NCBI GenBank assembly: GCA_029838195.1
Contig: JALGVJ010000029.1
Location: forward strand, 1 to 49,024
Reading direction: 5' to 3'
Length of the DNA: 49,024 nt
From: Promethearchaeota archaeon
Lineage (GTDB): Archaea > Asgardarchaeota > Lokiarchaeia > Sigyniarchaeales > SOKP01
A program made the position numbers and the translations under genes. Below the pieces are notes generated by a model. It had not been told where the DNA came from. It saw only the letters and a list, made by a program, of their open reading frames with translations, and did not search any database. This document shows, one piece after another, positions 18,978-28,087 of the stretch. Every line of letters begins with the position of its first letter. The stretch's first letter is position 1.

Positions 18978-20225
18978 ATGGGAAGACAAGTTGCCATAAT
19001 CTCAGCGGGTTTTAGCGAGCATGCCTCCAAGCGCTCGGATGTGAGCATGCCCGAATTAATTAGCGAAGCTATTGAAGATTGCTTGAAAAAAGTGCCAAGT
19101 TTGGAGTTAAAAGACATCGACGCTTATGTAAATGGAAACATGCCAGCATTTGAGGGCGCAAATATCCCAGAACTCTGGATGACGGACTGGATGGGCGCTC
19201 GAAATAAACCTGTTCTCCGCGTGACGACGGGTGGTACAACTGGTGGATCGGTTGCCATTGGAAGTTATTATACGGTCGCAGCGGGCATTCCCGGCATTGA
19301 TACCGTCTTAGCGGTAGCCTTTGAGCAACAATCTCAAGGAGATACGAGTGTAGGTTTAGCAAGCGTGGCATACGGAGAAATTTCTATATTAAACAGTTTA
19401 GGCATTCCTTATGATAGGCTTTCACGCTTACTTAGTGCGGGAGCTGCTATTGGAGTAGCTGCTTATCAGGCCACGACTTACATGAATAAAACAAGAATTA
19501 CTGAAGAAGATTTGGCAAGAGTCGTGGTTCAAAATAGGAGAAATGCAGCTAAAACTTGGTGGACGCATTTAAAAATGCCTAATTTGACCATTGAAGAGGT
19601 ATTGGACACGCCCTACATTCAATATCCATTAAGGTACGGTATGGTTTGCCCTGCTTCTGACGGAGCTTGTGCGATGTTGTTTACTACGGAAGAAAAAGCG
19701 AAGGAATTGTGTGATATTCCCGTGTATGTTAATGGAGTGGCAAGTATTGCGAATGAAACTGCTGTTTTAGGATATGATGGGAGTGGTTCTGGCCAAATTG
19801 ATCCATCTGTTCAATTAGGTGCCATGAAATCTTCAGAATTAGCTTATGAGCAGGCGGGAATTTCCTTTCCGCGGAAAGAAATTGACTATGCCGAAGTTTA
19901 TGCCCCTTTCCCAAATCAAGAACTCATGTGGGTGGAGAAGCTCGGTCTCTTTGAAGAAACGACAGCTCCGAAAATGTATGAAACGGGAGTCACGGCACCA
20001 AATGGAGAATTGCCTGTCAACTGTTCTGGAGGTGTAAATTCGACTAATGCTATAGGGGCTTCTGCCATGGAGCGACCAGCTGTAGCCGCCCTTCAGATTA
20101 TGGGAAAGGCAAGCAATCAAGTTCCCAAAACGGTTCATACTGCCATTGGTCATGGATGGGGCGGATCCCTTAATCTATGCACCCTCATGGTAATGGCGGA
20201 TGAACCAAAAAGGAAATGGAGGTGA
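18978..20225 (+). CDS. Thiolase-fold (SCP-x type) protein, Ltp3-like
   Basis: PAFEG, KPVLRVTTGGTTGGS, AFEQQS, CPASDGACA, AEVYAPF, NAIGASAM, GHGWGG; start moved to ATG 18978 after GGAGGGTGA. Confidence 0.82.
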   Translation: MGRQVAIISAGFSEHASKRSDVSMPELISEAIEDCLKKVPSLELKDIDAYVNGNMPAFEGANIPELWMTDWMGARNKPVLRVTTGGTTGGSVAIGSYYTVAAGIPGIDTVLAVAFEQQSQGDTSVGLASVAYGEISILNSLGIPYDRLSRLLSAGAAIGVAAYQATTYMNKTRITEEDLARVVVQNRRNAAKTWWTHLKMPNLTIEEVLDTPYIQYPLRYGMVCPASDGACAMLFTTEEKAKELCDIPVYVNGVASIANETAVLGYDGSGSGQIDPSVQLGAMKSSELAYEQAGISFPRKEIDYAEVYAPFPNQELMWVEKLGLFEETTAPKMYETGVTAPNGELPVNCSGGVNSTNAIGASAMERPAVAALQIMGKASNQVPKTVHTAIGHGWGGSLNLCTLMVMADEPKRKWR

Positions 20226-20234
20226 AGAATCAAA

Positions 20235-20756
20235 ATGTCAAAAATGACCCAAAGAAAATCGCTTGATTATGTAAAGAAAGAATATGTGAGAACGCGTACG
20301 ATGCCGGCAAGTTGGTATCTTAATAGTTATTCTTATAAATTTAATACTACTCACATGCAGCCCTTTTTGAAGAAATTGGGGCAGAAAAAACTAGTTGGAA
20401 ATCAATGTCCAGGATGTAATCGTATATTTTATCCTCCTCGTCTTGTCTGCGGACAATGTTTTATAAAACCGGATAGATGGGTGGACGTGCGCGATACCGC
20501 ACGAGTTGCTACTTATGCCATTGCATTTCTGAAAGATCCCGAAACCGGAAAAGTCCGAGAAGCTCCCATGGTCCTCGTGCATCATGATGGAACCGATACC
20601 GTGACTATTGCAGAGCTTCATCCGGATATAGACGTAAAAGATACCTACATTGGTATGCCAATTAAAGTGCATTGGTCGGACGAGCCAAAAGGTTCTTTAA
20701 TAGATATCGAATACTATGATCCCATCGAGGATGATGCTAAAGATTTAAATGAGTAA
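20235..20756 (+). CDS. Second DUF35 Zn-ribbon/OB-fold protein
   Basis: LVGNQCPGCNRIFYPPRLVCGQC, IGMPIKVHW; GGAGGTGA Shine-Dalgarno. Confidence 0.9.
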   Translation: MSKMTQRKSLDYVKKEYVRTRTMPASWYLNSYSYKFNTTHMQPFLKKLGQKKLVGNQCPGCNRIFYPPRLVCGQCFIKPDRWVDVRDTARVATYAIAFLKDPETGKVREAPMVLVHHDGTDTVTIAELHPDIDVKDTYIGMPIKVHWSDEPKGSLIDIEYYDPIEDDAKDLNE

Positions 20757-20968
20757 ATTGAAACGTGCTCTCAAATGAATAAATGAGCATTTATATAAAT
20801 ACGAAACCTTTTCTCAACTAATTCTTCATTCCTTTTTTTTTATTTTTAACTTTTTTTCATTGCTTAATCTTCAAGAATATGAAGCACTAATTTCAAAACA
20901 TCAGTTGAATTTAAAAGGATAAAAATATCTATCATTAAATATAGAGATTCAAAAAAATAGGATAAAAG

Positions 20969-21523
20969 ATGTCAGAAAACATCATTAGACCAAGTATAAA
21001 GAGTGAAGATTTAATTGCGTTTATTAAATCGCGTAAGAGCGTGCGAAACTTTATTTTTGAGAAGATTAGTGATCAGACCATCAGGGATATATTGGAATGC
21101 GGGAGATGGGCTCCTTCTGGGATGAATAATCAGCCTTGGAAAGTAATTGTGGTTAAATCTCCCATGGTCAAGCAGATGCTGGCAAATCTCACGAAATATG
21201 GGGGATTAATTGAAAGTTCTTATGTGAGCATTGTCGTGTTTTTAGATCTCCAAGCAAGTTATCACCGAGTTAAGGACATTCAAGCTATTGGAGCGTTCAT
21301 GGAAAACATTCTTCTGGGAGTGCATGCTATGGAATTGGGCGCTGTTTGGGTTGGAGAGATCCTCAATAAGAAAGAGGAGGTTAATGAATTATTTAAATTT
21401 AATCCTAATAAATATGAACTCATGGGCGTGATTGCAGTAGGAGTAATTGATGAGCAGAAAGAGAAAATGAAGGAGGAGCCAAGAGTTAGGAAAATGGTCG
21501 ATGAATTCACGGATTGGTTATAA
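20969..21523 (+). CDS. Nitroreductase family protein
   Basis: RKSVRNF, WAPSGMNNQPW, ENILLGVHAMELGAVW. Confidence 0.92.
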   Translation: MSENIIRPSIKSEDLIAFIKSRKSVRNFIFEKISDQTIRDILECGRWAPSGMNNQPWKVIVVKSPMVKQMLANLTKYGGLIESSYVSIVVFLDLQASYHRVKDIQAIGAFMENILLGVHAMELGAVWVGEILNKKEEVNELFKFNPNKYELMGVIAVGVIDEQKEKMKEEPRVRKMVDEFTDWL

Positions 21524-21641
21524 TTAAGACATTTTTTGCTCCTCACACCTAAAAAATCATGGAATTCGCTCATTCTTTTTAATTCCTCTTTTTTTCATTT
21601 TTGAGTCATTGATTGAGGTTCTCTTGTACTTTAAAAAAATT

Positions 21642-22370
21642 TTAATTCTCAGATTTTTTTTTCATTTCTCTGAATTCTTTCTCAAAAAATCCTTTACCGT
21701 AGCTTGAAAATAAAATAGCAGCAGGCGCATGGATGGTTGATCTATCCTTGGCAATTAAAGTAGTGACAGGAGCTTCCGATAATTTTGTAAAGGTAATATC
21801 ATGACCAACACATAGTCCCACGATAATGTTTAAATCCGTTTTTGCTTCATTCAATAATAATGCTTGAGCGGCAGGATTACACGTTATCCATCCTATGGGA
21901 TAGCCGGTTTTGGATATCATGATATATTCTTCCGGCACATCCACATCTCTCTTTTTAACAGATCCCGTTTTACAACAAACTCCACATACTTCGAACCCAT
22001 AATGTTCTAATATTTCAGCAACTCTTCTTGCTTCTTCTAATAGACCCACGCAAAATGCTAAACCTAGCTTTTTATATCCCATTTCTTTTGCAAATTCAAC
22101 GGTATCTTTTAATCGAGGCCAATTAATATATCCCTTAGCTTCGATAATTGAAGCAACTCTCGTGATTTCTTTGATATCCTTATCAATTTCATAAATTTCC
22201 CTTGCTTTTTTGAGCACCTTAGGATGCATTTTCATGGGACAATTTTCAAGAACTTTACTTGCTCTACCCACAGCACAATACTTTAAAGCCTCGCACTTTT
22301 GACAAGTCGGATCAATTTTTATTGGTTCTTTTTGTTCATTAGTAGAAGTTTCTTTATTTTTTAAACTCAA
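21642..22370 (-). CDS. DUF1847 family metal-binding protein
   Basis: MGYKKLGLAFCVGL, VCCKTG, CNPAAQA, GLCVGHD, TTLIAKDR. Confidence 0.85.
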   Translation of the reverse strand: MSLKNKETSTNEQKEPIKIDPTCQKCEALKYCAVGRASKVLENCPMKMHPKVLKKAREIYEIDKDIKEITRVASIIEAKGYINWPRLKDTVEFAKEMGYKKLGLAFCVGLLEEARRVAEILEHYGFEVCGVCCKTGSVKKRDVDVPEEYIMISKTGYPIGWITCNPAAQALLLNEAKTDLNIIVGLCVGHDITFTKLSEAPVTTLIAKDRSTIHAPAAILFSSYGKGFFEKEFREMKKKSEN

Positions 22371-22653
22371 GGAAAAAAATCATCTCATGATGATTTAATT
22401 AAATTAAATTAAATATTGTAAATAAGAAAAAGGTTATAAAAATAAATATTGAATTTCTTCTTGATTTTTTATTAATATATTTCTATAGCTACCTTATAAA
22501 AAATTACTACTTTTTTTTTGATTAATTCTTCTTAAAAAAAGAGTAAATCACGCCTAAATTACCGGGTTTTTAAATTTATTATTAATAATCTAAAAGGAAA
22601 AAGGAAAGAGTCAGTATAGTATATCTATTGATAAAAATTCGCAATTTTCTTTA

Positions 22654-23310
22654 TTAGAATGGGAGGGGATTAAAAGGAGCAATCAAAGATTTTATCCAAT
22701 AGAAAAGAAGCAACCAATATTTATCCGTTAATTGAATATATAATAAAGCATAGACGGCAGCAAATAAAAATCCAAACAACACGTCGCTGGGAAAATGAAC
22801 AGCTAAAATTAATCGGGAGATCCCCATGAACACGTCTAAAATGAGAAACACGAGAAGCAATTCCCAATTATGGAAATAATAAGATATGAGAATACCAAAA
22901 AATAGAAAAAATGTCACGTGTCCGCTTGGAAAAGAACTCTGCTCGGATTTCGACATTAGGAAGGGTATTTTAAGATATTCATCTTTTCCTTCGACCCCTT
23001 CATGTTGAAGCTTTATGTAAGGGCGTTTTCTTCTTATAATAAAATATCGAACGATGATTTGTATGAAAATGGATTGAAATGCGCCGCCCGTGAAATAAAA
23101 GAAAAATTCATAATTTTTTGTAAGGTAGCTATAGATTGCTAAAAGAAGCCAAAAAAGGCCCCAAAAATAAAAGTTTCCAAAAAAACTATAAATTTTCGCT
23201 GCAAGTATCGTTTTTTGAGAGAACTTACTCCCATAAAATTCTAAAAAGATTTTATGATCCAATTTTTCGATTTTAGCAATAATCTCTTTAAAATTCTTCT
23301 CTAACGTCAT
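22654..23310 (-). CDS. PAP2 family membrane phosphatase
   Basis: RKRP, SFPSGH, SRLILAVHFPSDV; TM segments. Confidence 0.92.
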   Translation of the reverse strand: MTLEKNFKEIIAKIEKLDHKIFLEFYGSKFSQKTILAAKIYSFFGNFYFWGLFWLLLAIYSYLTKNYEFFFYFTGGAFQSIFIQIIVRYFIIRRKRPYIKLQHEGVEGKDEYLKIPFLMSKSEQSSFPSGHVTFFLFFGILISYYFHNWELLLVFLILDVFMGISRLILAVHFPSDVLFGFLFAAVYALLYIQLTDKYWLLLFYWIKSLIAPFNPLPF

Positions 23311-23540
23311 TCTCTATTTTGGAATGCTTGAAACCATGTAATTTTTTTAAAGCAAGAATATCATGTTTTTGAATCTTAAAAAAAATTGTGCTACTAATGA
23401 AATAAGGAAGAGTATTGAAAAGCTTTGATACTTGCCTGCTAATCTTTATTCTTTTTTCAGTTTTACCGGAATAAAAATAGGAAGGATAAGGTGATTCTCA
23501 TGCAAACTCTAAAAAATTAGCTTTTCTTATCCTTCATATA

Positions 23541-25145
23541 ATGGACGTGGTATCTTGGAAGCGGATCTTTCGGAATAATAATAAAGCCGCTAAATATTTA
23601 AAGAAATATTACGGCAGTAATTATAATCGAATGGAAGAAAAAAGAAAAGAAATCTTAAAATTGTTAAATTTGCACGAGAAAAAATTTGGAAATGAGCAAA
23701 TTATCATCATGCGAACTCCAGGAAGGATTAATTTAATGGGACGACACGTGGACCATCAAGGTTGCCACGTGAATCTCATTGCAATCGATAAAGAAATCTT
23801 TTTAAGTTCTTCTAAGAGAAGGGATGAAAAAATCCTTGCTCATGATATAGATGATAACTTATTTTCAAGTATTTATCTTGATTTTTCTTGCCTTGTGGGA
23901 AAACTCGATGAAACATGGTACGACTTCATTAAAAATAACGATAAAATGAATCTATTGCGCTCAAGAGGAGGACATTGGGAGAATTATTTTAAGGGAGTTT
24001 ATTTTAGGCTCAAGTTCTTGGATCAAAATCGACCCTTACGAGGAGCCAATTTTTGTGTCAATGGAAACATTCCCATCGCTGCGGGCTTGAGCAGCTCCTC
24101 AGCTCTAACCATCGGTATTTTAGAATCTTTAGTATGGTGGAATGAATTGAGATTAACGGATGATCAGGTGATCCAACTTGCAAGTGAAGCGGAATGGTTT
24201 ACTGGAACAAGAGGGGGCATGGGAGATCACGTGGCAATTAAAAAATGCAAGAAACACACCGTTTCCCGCGTGAAATTTTATAATACTAAAATTCTTGACC
24301 ATTGTCCCTTTCCAGAAGAAATTGAACTTTTATTAGTTAATTCTCTCGTCCCTGCAGATAAATCTGGAACAAAAAGAGACAAATTCAATGAAAAAATATT
24401 AGCTTATGAAGTTGGTTTTAATTTACTGAAGAAAGAATGCCCCTCCTTAAAAAATAAATTAAACTATCTGAGAGATATTAATTCAGAAAATTTGCTACTT
24501 TCAGAAGCAGAAATCCTTAAATTATTATTAAAAATCCCTGAAAAGATTCAATTTGATGAGATAGAAGTATTCCTTCCAGATAAATGGCAAGAAATAACAT
24601 CCAAACATGATTTCAAGCATCGCCCTAAAACTCTTTCTCTCAGAAAAGTAATGGCATTTGGCTTTGCTGAATGCGAAAGAAGCAAGCATTTCTTCCATTT
24701 ATTAAAAATAAAAAATTTTGAGGAAATGGGAAAATTAATGTACATCTCTCATGATGGTGATAGAGTGGTAAATTTTAAATCTTTCAGGGCAAGACCAAGC
24801 CCTCACGATACAAAATTGACCAACCAAACCCTCCAACGTTTAATCACTCTCCTCTTAACTTCTCCATCATTTAAACTTCAATACATGAGCGGAGGATATG
24901 AATGTAGCATTCCGGAAATTGATTTTATCGTCGATTTATCGAAAAAAATCCGCGGTGTAAAGGGAGCCCAATTGATAGGAGGAGGAATGGGAGGATGTGC
25001 TCTCCTCTTGGTTGAAAAAGGGTATTCGAAAAAAATCAAACAAATAATTCTAAAAAAATATCAAAAATATTTCAAGAAAAAATGCTCAATTTTCAAAATC
25101 ACGCCTGTTGAAGGTTGTTCAATCCTTCCAGAAACCACCGATTAA
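23541..25145 (+). CDS. Galactokinase-family GHMP sugar kinase
   Basis: PGRINLMGRHVDHQG, PIAAGLSSSSA, CSIPEID, GAQLIGGGMGG. Confidence 0.85.
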   Translation: MDVVSWKRIFRNNNKAAKYLKKYYGSNYNRMEEKRKEILKLLNLHEKKFGNEQIIIMRTPGRINLMGRHVDHQGCHVNLIAIDKEIFLSSSKRRDEKILAHDIDDNLFSSIYLDFSCLVGKLDETWYDFIKNNDKMNLLRSRGGHWENYFKGVYFRLKFLDQNRPLRGANFCVNGNIPIAAGLSSSSALTIGILESLVWWNELRLTDDQVIQLASEAEWFTGTRGGMGDHVAIKKCKKHTVSRVKFYNTKILDHCPFPEEIELLLVNSLVPADKSGTKRDKFNEKILAYEVGFNLLKKECPSLKNKLNYLRDINSENLLLSEAEILKLLLKIPEKIQFDEIEVFLPDKWQEITSKHDFKHRPKTLSLRKVMAFGFAECERSKHFFHLLKIKNFEEMGKLMYISHDGDRVVNFKSFRARPSPHDTKLTNQTLQRLITLLLTSPSFKLQYMSGGYECSIPEIDFIVDLSKKIRGVKGAQLIGGGMGGCALLLVEKGYSKKIKQIILKKYQKYFKKKCSIFKITPVEGCSILPETTD

Positions 25146-25256
25146 AAAAGGTCCTCTTGAAAGAAAACTTACTTAAAACTTTCTTGATTTTAAAATGATA
25201 ATAGAAGAATACCCATGAAAAGATATTTCCGATAGGATTAAGAAAAATTTAATCAC

Positions 25257-25646
25257 GTGAAGGTGTTTCGAATGAAATTTGAACAAACGAAGTTCGGGTC
25301 CATAACAATCTCCGGGAAAACCTATTCTTATGACATTTATCTTCATGTAAACGGTGAAATATCGCCTCGAGATAAATCTCAATCGAAATCCATTAATGGA
25401 CATCGAGAATTATCTAAATGGGAACTTGAAATCCTTCTCAAAGAAAACCCTGATGTACTTCTTATTGGGATGGGTCAATCTGGCATCTTACCACTCTCTA
25501 AAGAAACTAAGGCTTGGCTAAACTCTATTAAAGAAGAAAAAACTATTGAAATCATTACATTAAAAACTCCCGATATTTTACCCATTACCAATCGATGGCT
25601 TAATTCTAAAAAAAAAATAGCCGGCGTTTTCCACGTGACGTGCTGA
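25257..25646 (+). CDS. Mth938/DUF498 (AAMDC-like) protein
   Basis: FGSITISGKTYSYD, PDVLLIGMGQSG, FHVTC. Confidence 0.88.
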   Translation: MKVFRMKFEQTKFGSITISGKTYSYDIYLHVNGEISPRDKSQSKSINGHRELSKWELEILLKENPDVLLIGMGQSGILPLSKETKAWLNSIKEEKTIEIITLKTPDILPITNRWLNSKKKIAGVFHVTC

Positions 25647-25724
25647 TTAAAAAATGCTCATGGTTATAACCATCCCAAAAATTAAAAACCAAAAAGCTCC
25701 TTCATGAAATGGACGCACTCAGCT

Positions 25725-25889
25725 TCATGAGGATGATCGATTAAACTTTTTCACCCGAGCTTGATATTCCGGACAAATCTTACAAGCAGGTATCACGCAC
25801 GCAGTTAAATTCTTTGGTAATTTACACGTATTGCTAAAAGGACATCCATCAACTTTATGACCCGCTTCCATATCAAAATTAATGCTCAT
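25725..25889 (-). CDS. Small Cys-rich (zinc-binding?) protein, 54 aa, below the ORF-track cutoff
   Basis: MSINFDMEAGHKVDGCPFSNTCKLPKNLTACVIPACKICPEYQARVKKFNRSSS*; GGGTGTGAG upstream of the ATG. Confidence 0.6.
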   Translation of the reverse strand: MSINFDMEAGHKVDGCPFSNTCKLPKNLTACVIPACKICPEYQARVKKFNRSSS

Positions 25890-26408
25890 TTCTCACACCC
25901 GACAATTATTCTTTTTTCACTTAAGTTTATTCTTCGGTATCAGCTTACTTGAAATTTTTTTCGACAATCTTGCTTGAATATTTAATATCGTTTTCAATAC
26001 TTTTATTTATCTTTTATTTAATATAAGCTCTCCCCTTTTGAGCAAAAACTTTTTAAGGAATGTTTATCACCCAATAAAAAAATTGAATAATGAAGGAAAA
26101 AAAATTAAAAATCAATCCATCCTTCCCTTCCTATATTGTAATGCTAATATTTTGTAATTTTTCCCTTCCAATCCCGTGAAAACTCCTTTTACCTCGTTTC
26201 CAACCATGATCTAAAAATTAACTTCCGTGCCAGTCCTTTCACGATATTATTAATTGATCGCTCGAAATTAAAGTAGAAATCATGACATGATTTTTCTAGT
26301 TTTCCCCTCAACTTCCGCACGAAGTAAAATTTATATTAATCCCAATTTTTTTATAATTATAATTTAAACGTAATTGTTTCATGCATTTACACGTTTTTTC
26401 TCATCATT

Positions 26409-26538
26409 GGTCGGGTTACCGAGAAAATGGAGATGAGCACTCCATTCGGAAATCTGGTCAATTTGGGTCAAGACCATAGGTGCTGGACTTAAGATCCAGT
26501 GGCAAAGGCCTTCGTGAGTTCAAATCTCACCCCGACCA
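26409..26538 (+). tRNA. tRNA-Leu(TAA) with two D-loop introns (~26424-26452 and 26462-26477)
   Basis: Acceptor GGTCGGG/CCCGACC + A73; D-stem ACCG/AGGT; anticodon arm CTGGA-CTTAAGA-TCCAG (TAA 26490-26492); long variable arm GGC-AAAG-GCC; T-arm GTGAG-TTCAAAT-CTCAC; CCA not encoded; T-tract follows. Confidence 0.93.
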
Positions 26539-26780
26539 CTTTTTATTTTCTTTCCATTCTAGATTTTTTCAATCACGAATCATGGAATTTTCTATAAAGA
26601 AAAAGAGGTGTCTTAAAAAGATATTAAATCAATTCAATCGGGATACATAGGGCGAATTGCTCATGACATAGAGATGCTTGCCATGAATCCTAAGCGTTAA
26701 AGATTTTTATATGAAGGTCTTAGAAATTTAGATTTTTGTGGTAAGAGGAGATTGAAAAAATTATAAATTAAGAAAATACT

Positions 26781-26790
26781 ATTATATATA
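26781..26790 (+). promoter_or_regulatory. TATA-box-like element upstream of the hairpin and longin-like gene
   Basis: ATTATATATA preceded by purine-rich AGAAAA. Confidence 0.35.
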
Positions 26791-26811
26791 CAATTATTAT
26801 ATCATTAAGTG

Positions 26812-26863
26812 GTGAAAATTGGTTTTTTAGGAAGCTTACATTCCCGAAAAGATCAATTTTCAC
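26812..26863 (+). other. Long stem-loop in the putative 5' leader of the longin-like gene (possible cis-regulatory RNA or sRNA)
   Basis: GTGAAAATTG/CAATTTTCAC perfect 10 bp, extended by GTTTTTT/AAAAGAT (with G-U pairs) and GGAA/TTCC. Confidence 0.5.
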
Positions 26864-26922
26864 GCCGAAATTAATTTAAGGACTGTAAAAAAAGAACAAT
26901 AAGGAAGAAAGGAAAAAGAAAA

Positions 26923-27300
26923 ATGCCAGTCGGTATACTTGTTATCAAGTGGGACAATGAGATTGGTCCGATTAATGAAGGGTTTTATCCGGAGAATTTG
27001 AAGATTACGAATAATTTGTTAACGCAAATTTATTCTTCTCATCGTTATCAATCGTTAAAGCCGGGATTTGCCTCCATCTCTCTCAAGAATTATAAAGTGG
27101 TTTCATTTTTCAGCGGTGTTGGAGAAATGACTGTATCGGTGGAGAATTATGTAGTAGCGCTCTTATTGAGGAGGGATGAGAAACCCAGCAAGTATCGGGA
27201 GGTGTTAAAGACGATTGCGGCTGAGATTTTAGACAAGATTCCGGATGGAAAGTTCAAAGCGATTTTACCGGAACTTTATAAGGAACTGACAAAAGTATAA
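26923..27300 (+). CDS. Stand-alone longin/uDENN-like domain protein
   Basis: GILVIKWDNEIGP...YP N-terminal motif, VVSFFSG, VVALLLRRDE and C-terminal helices. Confidence 0.6.
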   Translation: MPVGILVIKWDNEIGPINEGFYPENLKITNNLLTQIYSSHRYQSLKPGFASISLKNYKVVSFFSGVGEMTVSVENYVVALLLRRDEKPSKYREVLKTIAAEILDKIPDGKFKAILPELYKELTKV

Positions 27301-28087
27301 ATTTTCTCTTTTTTTACTTAACTTTTAATTATAGGACTTGGAGAATTGAATACTTACATTAAAAGATATTGTAGTTAACTTAATTATTAATCTTCTTCTA
27401 ATCCCATGAAATTATAAAGATCATGTTTTACCTTAAAGAGTTTAGTTAATTTTGGGGAAATTATAAAGCAAAACATTCAGTTAGATTCGAATTTCATCGC
27501 CATGATCATATAATCAAGCTAATTGACATTTTCTTTCGGCATTTTAATGGGAATCACTCATTTGGGGGTAAAATTATAAAATGAAATATAGTTCATTCCC
27601 ATTTCATTTTTTCATGATTGTGTTGAATCGCAGGCTCTTATTAAAACCTTAAAATTCCGCAGCGATATCTGATTCATTAAATTTTTTAACCCATTTGCTT
27701 AAATGGATTTTTTATTCTTCGGATGCTGTCATTTTTTTTCCACGTGATAAAAATTATTTAATCTTTTATCTGATTAGATTTCTTTTAATTAAATAATTAA
27801 AGGATTTCCAATGATATTAATAATCATTTGCATCTTTCATGGCTTTATTTTTTTTTATAAATCATCATGAAATTGCAATAACTAATATTTTATCCCTCTT
27901 TTTTTCTTTTACATGTTTCTAATATAACTTGAAGTTAATCAACACTGGAAATATTTAAGCCTCCTCCATTTTTCTCAAGAGATTTCGAACCCAAAATGAA
28001 TGATTATAAGAAGAAGAGAATAAAGACACGATTTGAATTAATTAATTCTAAGAATAAAATTCATTAGATAGAATACATGTTAGTATA

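Noticed and set aside
26538-28087. Integrated element at the tRNA 3' end
   Set aside because: No second copy of the tRNA end and no integrase in the window
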